DNA of 64,000 bases, from NCBI GenBank assembly GCA_964016885.1, contig OZ024749.1:25482001-25546000 (forward strand), given 5' to 3'. This DNA comes from Eledone cirrhosa (taxonomy: Eukaryota). The notes beneath the pieces are model-generated. The model did not search any database. It was not told the DNA's origin and was given only the letters and a program-made list of their open reading frames with translations. The position numbers and the translations under genes were made by a program. Each line of letters begins with the position of its first letter. Position 1 is the stretch's first letter. Shown in pieces: positions 56,328 to 64,000 of this stretch.

Positions 56328-56382
<55 letters not shown>

Positions 56383-56879
56383 TAGATAGATATATATAAA
56401 CTTGTTACTTTGTAATCGAATGTAGCATAATAAACAGACATATATAAAACAAAATCAGAAACGGCAAATAGATAGATGAGAGAGATAGTGGGACGGACTG
56501 TGATAATGTTATGGTAGAGAGAATAGCCGTTTTAGGTAAACTAATGAAAGGGGATCGGAAGAAGAAAAATGTGGGGATAATTTGGAGTCAGGGCCCGGGT
56601 TAATATAATAGAATAGAGGAGGAAAATTGATGTATTTCAGGGAAAACTAGATGCATTTGTTGCGAGATGGAGATAGTGTATGCAATCTGTAGACATAAAT
56701 ATATATATGTATGAATATATGTTTGTTTGTATGTAGTATGCAGTTGCATATATATATTTTTATCTATATACATACATCTATATAAGAATATGTATATATA
56801 TGTATATATATATATATATATATGTATAGATGTATATAGATAAATAAATATATGAAACTGCATATAACATAAAAACAAT

Positions 56880-57727
56880 CATACATATATGCATACATAT
56901 ATACGTACACATTCATAAATACTCATACATAAATATATAGAACATATGTACATATATACATAGTCGCATTCATACATACATACGTACATATATACATACA
57001 TAGGCACATGTATACATGCATGAATAAATACATACACCCATACGTACGTACGCACGTTTATACATAGATACGTAGATACATATATACATACATACATATA
57101 TACATACATAAAAACATATATACATGCATAAATACATACATACCTGCATACATAAGTACTACATTTATATATACATACATAGATACATACGTACGCACGT
57201 TCATACATATATACATAGACGTATACATACATATATACATACATACACACATGTATATATATATATATGCATAAATACATATATACATACATACATACAT
57301 AAGTACGTACATTTATATATACTTACATAGATACATATGTACGCACGTTCATACATATATACATAGACGTATACATACATACATATATACATACATACAC
57401 ACATGTATATATATATATATATGCATAAATACATATATACATACATACACACATAAGTACGTACATTTATATATACATACATAGATACATACGTACGCAC
57501 GTTCATACATATATACATAGACGCATACATACATACATGCATACATACATACATACATACATATATACATACATACACACATATATATATCTGCATAAAT
57601 ACATACATACATACATACATACATACATACATTCATAAGTACGTACATTTATATATACATACATAGATACATACGTACGCACGTTCATACATATATACAT
57701 AGACGCATACATACATACATACATACA

Positions 57728-57761
<34 letters not shown>

Positions 57762-57900
57762 CATACATACACACATATATATATATGCATAAATACATAT
57801 ATACATACATACATACATACATAAGTACGTACATTTATAAATACATACATAGATACATACGTACGTACGTTTATACATATACACACACATACAAACATAT
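56880..57900. repeat. (ACAT)n-derived minisatellite with units of roughly 140-180 bp
   Basis: Recurring ATAAGTACGTACATTTAT...CATAGATACATACGTACGCACGTTCATAC. Confidence 0.85.
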
Positions 57901-58368
57901 TACATACTTCAATACAACTGAAATTGTATATCTCTCACTATATCTATAACTTAATGACAAACATAATTTGAAGTTAAATATATATTACACCTACCGCTAT
58001 TTTCTATTTACTAAACAATAAACAGACAATTTAGTTCCTTTTGTGATGATAACAAGCATATTTGCTACGTAGAATTGCAATATAAGGCGTATCGCCATGT
58101 AGCGATTACATTGGGAAGATGTCTGCTTAACCTTGTATTAGATTTATCTATTGGCGAATGTGTATTTGTGATGAAGGAAGTGTGGATGTGAGCGTGAAAA
58201 GTTTGTGTGAGACAGAAGCCTACTGCAATTTACCTAATGAATGTTTACTTCGTGGTTCAAATTATATGGGATTGCAATCTGCTATTCTAGATATTGAATA
58301 CTGAATAAATATCCTGCCAAATACATGTTTACATGATCTCATCTCTCCCCCTCCCTCTCTTTCTCTCT

Positions 58369-58426
<58 letters not shown>

Positions 58427-58538
58427 CTCTCTCTAAATATATATAAACCTTCATGGACATGCATGTGTCTGTATGAATATATGCACACACATATATATAT
58501 ATACATGTATATATATATATATATATATACATGAATAA

Positions 58539-58570
<32 letters not shown>

Positions 58571-58577
58571 ATGTGTA

Positions 58578-58665
<88 letters not shown>

Positions 58666-59849
58666 TGTATATGTATTCACCCCCACATATACATGTGTGT
58701 GTGTATATATATATATATATATACAATATACACATGTATACAATTCTCTACATACCTTTTATGTGCATCTATATATCTGTTCGTATATGTACTTTTTCCT
58801 GTGATTATATATGGGCGATTGTCGAGTTGATAAATCATGTTGTGCTCTTAGTTGAGACGTTCAAATCACCTCAGAGCTTTAGATTCTCCGACATAACATT
58901 TTACTGTACCTTTCCTTTGCCAAATCCTAGAGTATTTGGCCCTTATTGAACCCTATATAATTGTTACTGTTCTCGGTATCAGGGCATATGGTGTTGCACC
59001 GCTGGCGTCCTCTTACTTTGTAGCATTTGTCAAAGGGAATTGTGTGAGGCAGTGAGATATCGATTTACTACCTTTTAGTTGTAATGTTGTACCATAGGCC
59101 CTTAACAGCTGATATAATATTAGGTGTGCCGTTGCAGTATACGACATGTCTTGAACATCTTAAATCAGATGGTGCCTATCTATCATCATGGAGAACCAAT
59201 TTGAGAACCAAATTGAGAAAGTATTCTCGTGTAATATAGCGTGGGTGTGTAATGGTTATGTCAATCCTGGTGGAGATGATCCGTCTATAGAGAGGAAAAT
59301 ATAATCTAGGTGTTGAACTATACTAAGATAAATTACAGCGTATCGTGGCCATTGAAGTCCTGGTGATTCTTTCATTTTCTGGAGTCCGAGAAACTGGTAG
59401 AGACACATAACAGGGAGACCAGAAGCAATGACTCTGGGAAAAAACACATTTAGCTAGAAGAAAATCCGAACTCTATAATATCTATCATGATATCAAAACT
59501 AGATATCATAAAATAGAAACAGGCAATCAGTTACCACAGTTGTGTCATGCTATCTGCTAGAAATAGAAGCACAATGCCATATCTCAATTAAAGCAAAGTT
59601 TAGTGAATTAAAAGGAAAAGTGAATGGGCGTATATTGTTAATATGTGTTCCTTGATCATGGAAAATAATGTTAAGTTAAACAATGTACAATGGATCTTAA
59701 GTTGAGGCACTAAGTTTCTTGGCGCTGACGTTGTAGAATATACAAAATCTACATCCTCATCATCATCAATACCAACAACAGCAGCACTGCCATCATGTTC
59801 ATCTTCATAATCAGCATGATCATCATAATCATCAACATCAATGCCCCAC

Positions 59850-60177
59850 TCGGTTACGAATTACCATGGTTTTTCATCTAGAAAGTTTCCCTCCAAGACA
59901 CAAGCCTGGGTAAGGTTAGTTTTAATGAAGGCCAGTAGTTGCCCATGCATATCAGCCTCCCCTCTACACACCACCGATATTGTCCAATGGAAAGGTAATG
60001 ACCGATACAGCTTGGCACCAGTGAAGTCTCAACTTATCTCTACAGCTGAGTAAACTGGAGCCACGTGAAATAAAGTGTCTTGCTCAAGGACACAACGCAT
60101 CACCCGGTCCGAAAATCGAACTCTCAACCTCTCAATTTCAAGCCCAATGCGCTAACCACTAAGCCATGCGCCTTCAC
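59850..60177 (-). mobile_element. tRNA-derived CORE-like SINE
   Basis: Minus strand: A-box TGGCTTAGTGG, B-box GTTCGATT, then TGTGTCCTTGAGCAAGACACTTTA CORE-like block. Confidence 0.75.
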
Positions 60178-60724
60178 ATCATTATCATCATATACAATCA
60201 ACGGTATCATCATTATTCTCAACATCAGTACCGTCACTATCATCATCGTCACTATCATCATCACCAACATCATCATCATCCTCATCACCAGGAACAACAA
60301 AAGTAAAAATCAAACAACGAAAACTACATCAAGCACACCGGAAATAACATAAACACTGAATTATGAATCAGGCATTCATGTGCAATGAATCTAAAAGAAA
60401 AGAAAACATAATTATACACATACACACACATACATACACTCACATATTCACACACATACACAGACACACATGTGCACACACACGCATTCATACACACAAA
60501 CGCACAGATATACATACACGCACATCCTCCCACACACCCACCCACACATGAACACATACATACACATTCATACACTCACATATCAACACACATACATACA
60601 TGCACACAAACACACGCACATAAAACAACAACAACAACAAGAAATATAGAAAAGAAAAAGAAACAATATGAGCTAAATAACATTTTGGTTGTTTTTCCTT
60701 AAAAGTTGTTTGTGTAGAAATTGA

Positions 60725-61565
60725 TAATACATAGTATTGATGTGTTTAAGGTTTAAGAAGAACAATAGAGAATAGAATGGAATAGTATAGTATAGTATAG
60801 TATAGTATAGTATAGTATAGTATAGTATAGTATAGTATAGTATAGTATAGTATAGTATAGTATAGTATAGTACAGTGTTTTATAGTGTATAATAGTATGT
60901 ATGTGTTTAAGATTTAAGAAGAAGAAAATCAATAGAAAATAGTATCTAATAGCATAGGATGTAATAGAATGTATGTGTTTTGGGTTTAAGAGGAAAATCA
61001 ATAGAGAATGACATAGAATAAGATAGAGTACTATAGTGTATAATAGAATGTATGTGTTTCAGGTTTAAGAGGAAAATCAATAGATAATGACATACAATAG
61101 TATAGAGTAGTATAGAATAGTATAGTGTATAATAGAATATATGTGTTTAAGGTTTAAGAGGAAAATAAATAGAGAATGGTATAGCATATGATAGAGTACT
61201 ATAGTGTATTAAAGAATGTATGTGGTTTAGGTTTAAGAGGAAGAAAACGAATAGAGAATTATATAGAATAGTATAGAGTACTATATTGTATAATAGAATG
61301 GATATGTTTAAGGTTTAATAGAGAAATATATAGAATAGTATAGAGTACAAGAGTGTATAATAGAATGGATGTGTTTAAGGTTTAAGATGAAAATAATAGA
61401 GAAATATATAGAATAGTATAGAGCACTGTAGTGTATAATAGAATGGATGTGTTTAATGTTTAAGAAGAAGAAAACGAATAGAGAGTTATATAGAATAGTA
61501 TAGATAACTATAGTGTATAATAGAATGGATGTGTTTAAGGTTTAAGAAGAACAATAGAGAACATT
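60725..61565. repeat. Tandem minisatellite of about 60-75 bp units with (TATAG)n expansion
   Basis: Recurring TGTGTTTAAGGTTTAAGA...AATAGAGAA...TAGTGTATAATAGAATG. Confidence 0.9.
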
Positions 61566-61894
61566 ATATAATAAACTATAGGTAAACTTTGCCTTTCATC
61601 CTTAAGGGGTCGATAAAATAAAGTACCAGTAATGTACTGTATAATTGTGGCCTTGGGCCAAAAGTAGAAACAATTATATTATAAACTAGAATAGAATAAA
61701 GGAGTGAAGATTGGAAATAGAGGCTTTAAAGAGTGAAGTATGTTCATACCGTGAAGGAATGGTTAATTAACTTTAGCAATGAAGAATAAGGGAAGGAAAG
61801 GATAGGAAAGGAAAGAAAGAATAAATGTACAAAGGAAGAAAGTGACTTACAAATAAATACACAGCACGAATATGATTAACAAGAAGATATATGA

Positions 61895-62710
61895 AACATA
61901 ATAACAATGATGATAATGATGATGGTTGTGGTGGTGGTGGTGGTGATGGTGGTAGTAGTGGTGATGGTGGTGATGATGGTGATGATGATGATGGTGGTGG
62001 TGGTGGTGGTGGCGATGGTGGTGGTGGCGATGGTGGTGGTGGCGCTGAGGATGGTGGTGATGTTGGTGCTGATGATGATGATGGTGGTGGAGGCGGTGAT
62101 GCTGATGATGGTGATGGTAATGATGAGTATGATGATGATGTTGATGATGATGTTGATGATGATGTTGATGACGGTGGTTATGGTGGTGGTGGTGGTGGTG
62201 GTGGAGGTCGTCGTCGGTGATGAAGGTGGTGATGATGATGATGGTGGTGGTGGCGATGGTGGTGGTGGTGGTGGTGGTGGTGGCGTTGATGATGGTGGTG
62301 ATGTTGGTGCTGATGATGATGGTGGTGGAGGTGGTGATGATGATGATGGTGAGGGTAATGATGATTATGATGACGATGTTGATGATGATGTTGATGACGG
62401 TGGTTTTGGTGGTGGTGGTGGTGGTGGTGAGGAGGAGGATGGGAGGAGGAGGGGGGAGAATGGCGAGGAGGAGTAGGAGGAGAGAAGTAGGAGTAGGAAC
62501 AGGAGGAGGAGGAGAAGGAAGTGGAGGAAGAGGAGGAACAGGAGGTAAGAGGGGGAATACTGATGACGACAATGAAGATGAAGTTGATGTTGTGACGACG
62601 AGGATGTTGATGATGTTGATGATGATGGTGATGGTGATTCTAATAATGATCATGACGAAGACAATGGTGATGATGGTGATGGTGTTGGTGATAATGATGG
62701 CGGTGATTAT
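61895..62710. repeat. (GAT/GGT/GGA)n trinucleotide mosaic with an internal duplication
   Basis: About 61980-62200 is repeated at about 62230-62430. Confidence 0.9.
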
Positions 62711-62711
62711 A

Positions 62712-63343
62712 ATAATTGTTTCTACGTTAGGCACAAGGCCAGCAATCACCCAGTGTATTACTGGTACTTTATTTTATCGATCCCGTAAGGATGAAAAGCA
62801 AAGTTAAAATGGTTTCTTATATAGGCACAAGGCAAGTCATTTTTTTTTTTTTTTTTGGTCGTGTTAATCGACCCTAGTGCGTGACTGGTACTTTATATTA
62901 TCGACCCCGTAATGATGAAAGGCAAAGTTAACCTCGATGGGATTTGAACTCAGATCGTAAAGGGACGTAACTATGCTGGAAAGCATGGCTTCCGACTCTC
63001 TACCTATACTGCCAATCCACCGCAGTAATAATAATTGTTTCTACTATTGGCACAAGGCCAGTAATTACCCAGTGTATTACTGGTACTTTATTTTATCGAC
63101 CCCGTAAGGATGAAAGGCAAAGTTAACCTCGGCGGGATTTGAACCGCAGTAATAATAATAATGAAATTCATAAGTAGAAGTGTAACAAAATTATCAGAAA
63201 AATAACAATAACTGTTTCTACTTTAGGCACAAGGCCAGCAATTACCCAGTGCCTTAACTGGTACTTTATTTTATCGACCCCGTAAGGATGAAAGGCAAAG
63301 TCAACCTCTGCGGGATTTGAACTCAGATCTTAAAGGGACGTAA
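62712..63343 (-). mobile_element. Cluster of about four partial tRNA-derived SINE copies
   Basis: Repeated CTGGTACTTTATTTTATCGACCCCGTAAGGATGAAAGGCAAAG, the reverse complement of the SINE body. Confidence 0.85.
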
Positions 63344-63472
63344 AATAACAATAATGACAACATTAAAAGCAAGAACATAGACAACGACGACGGGAACAAA
63401 TGAAACAACAGCAACAACAGCAACAACAAAACCACCACAGCACAAACACAACAACAACAACAACAAAAACTA

Positions 63473-63513
<41 letters not shown>

Positions 63514-63781
63514 ACTACAACAAAAACAACAGCTAAAAGAACTACAACAATAATAGAAACGGTAAAAAAAAACAGCACTGAATAGCGAAGAACATTCGAG
63601 ATTATTAGTGAGAAGTAATAGTAGTGAAATCTATAAATATTGATAATTTAATAGAGAAAATATTAAAGAAAACTGTTGTTCATACGTTAAGAATTTTCTT
63701 ACGTTGTTTTCGTACAAACTTGATAAATGCACCAGTGAATTGTTGAGCTAAACGAACTAACGAGAAGAAAATCTTTATATA

Positions 63782-63898
<117 letters not shown>

Positions 63899-64000
63899 AT
63901 ATATAAAGATGTATATATATGTGAATATATACATACACACACACATATATATATATATATGTATATATGTAGATATATATATTTATAAACATATATATAT

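Noticed and set aside
60725-61565. CRISPR-like repeat-spacer array
   Set aside because: The intervening sequences are homologous to each other, the context is eukaryotic and there are no cas genes; it is a minisatellite
61847-62807. Poly-His/Gly/Asp ORFs
   Set aside because: Open in several frames on both strands because of GAT/GGT repeats and they run into a SINE

Overview
This is AT-rich, microsatellite-dense animal DNA, probably intronic or intergenic octopus (cephalopod) sequence judging by its SINE families; the organism is an inference. I can support no host protein-coding exon, and almost all ORFs in the track are translations of simple repeats. Recognisable mobile elements are a full-length but disabled Tx1/L1-clade LINE (50551-56256, minus) with a 3' fragment, both sitting in (TATC)n; RTE and CRE 3' fragments; two sister families of non-autonomous RTE-like elements; tRNA-derived SINEs; and a non-autonomous Helitron. 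The main hidden signal is a dense set of minimal type-I hammerhead ribozymes: roughly 25 intact-to-degenerate motifs plus several 3' halves, from a dozen or so distinct sequence families, all read by eye. They lie in short fold-back (inverted-repeat) elements anchored on (TA)n tracts. One is linked to a Penelope-like (PLE) endonuclease C-terminus, so these look like PLE terminal-repeat (pLTR) remnants. Several carry family-wide core variants (CCGAAGA, CAGAAGA) or very long stem II inserts, and their inversion junctions cluster at or inside the ribozyme.
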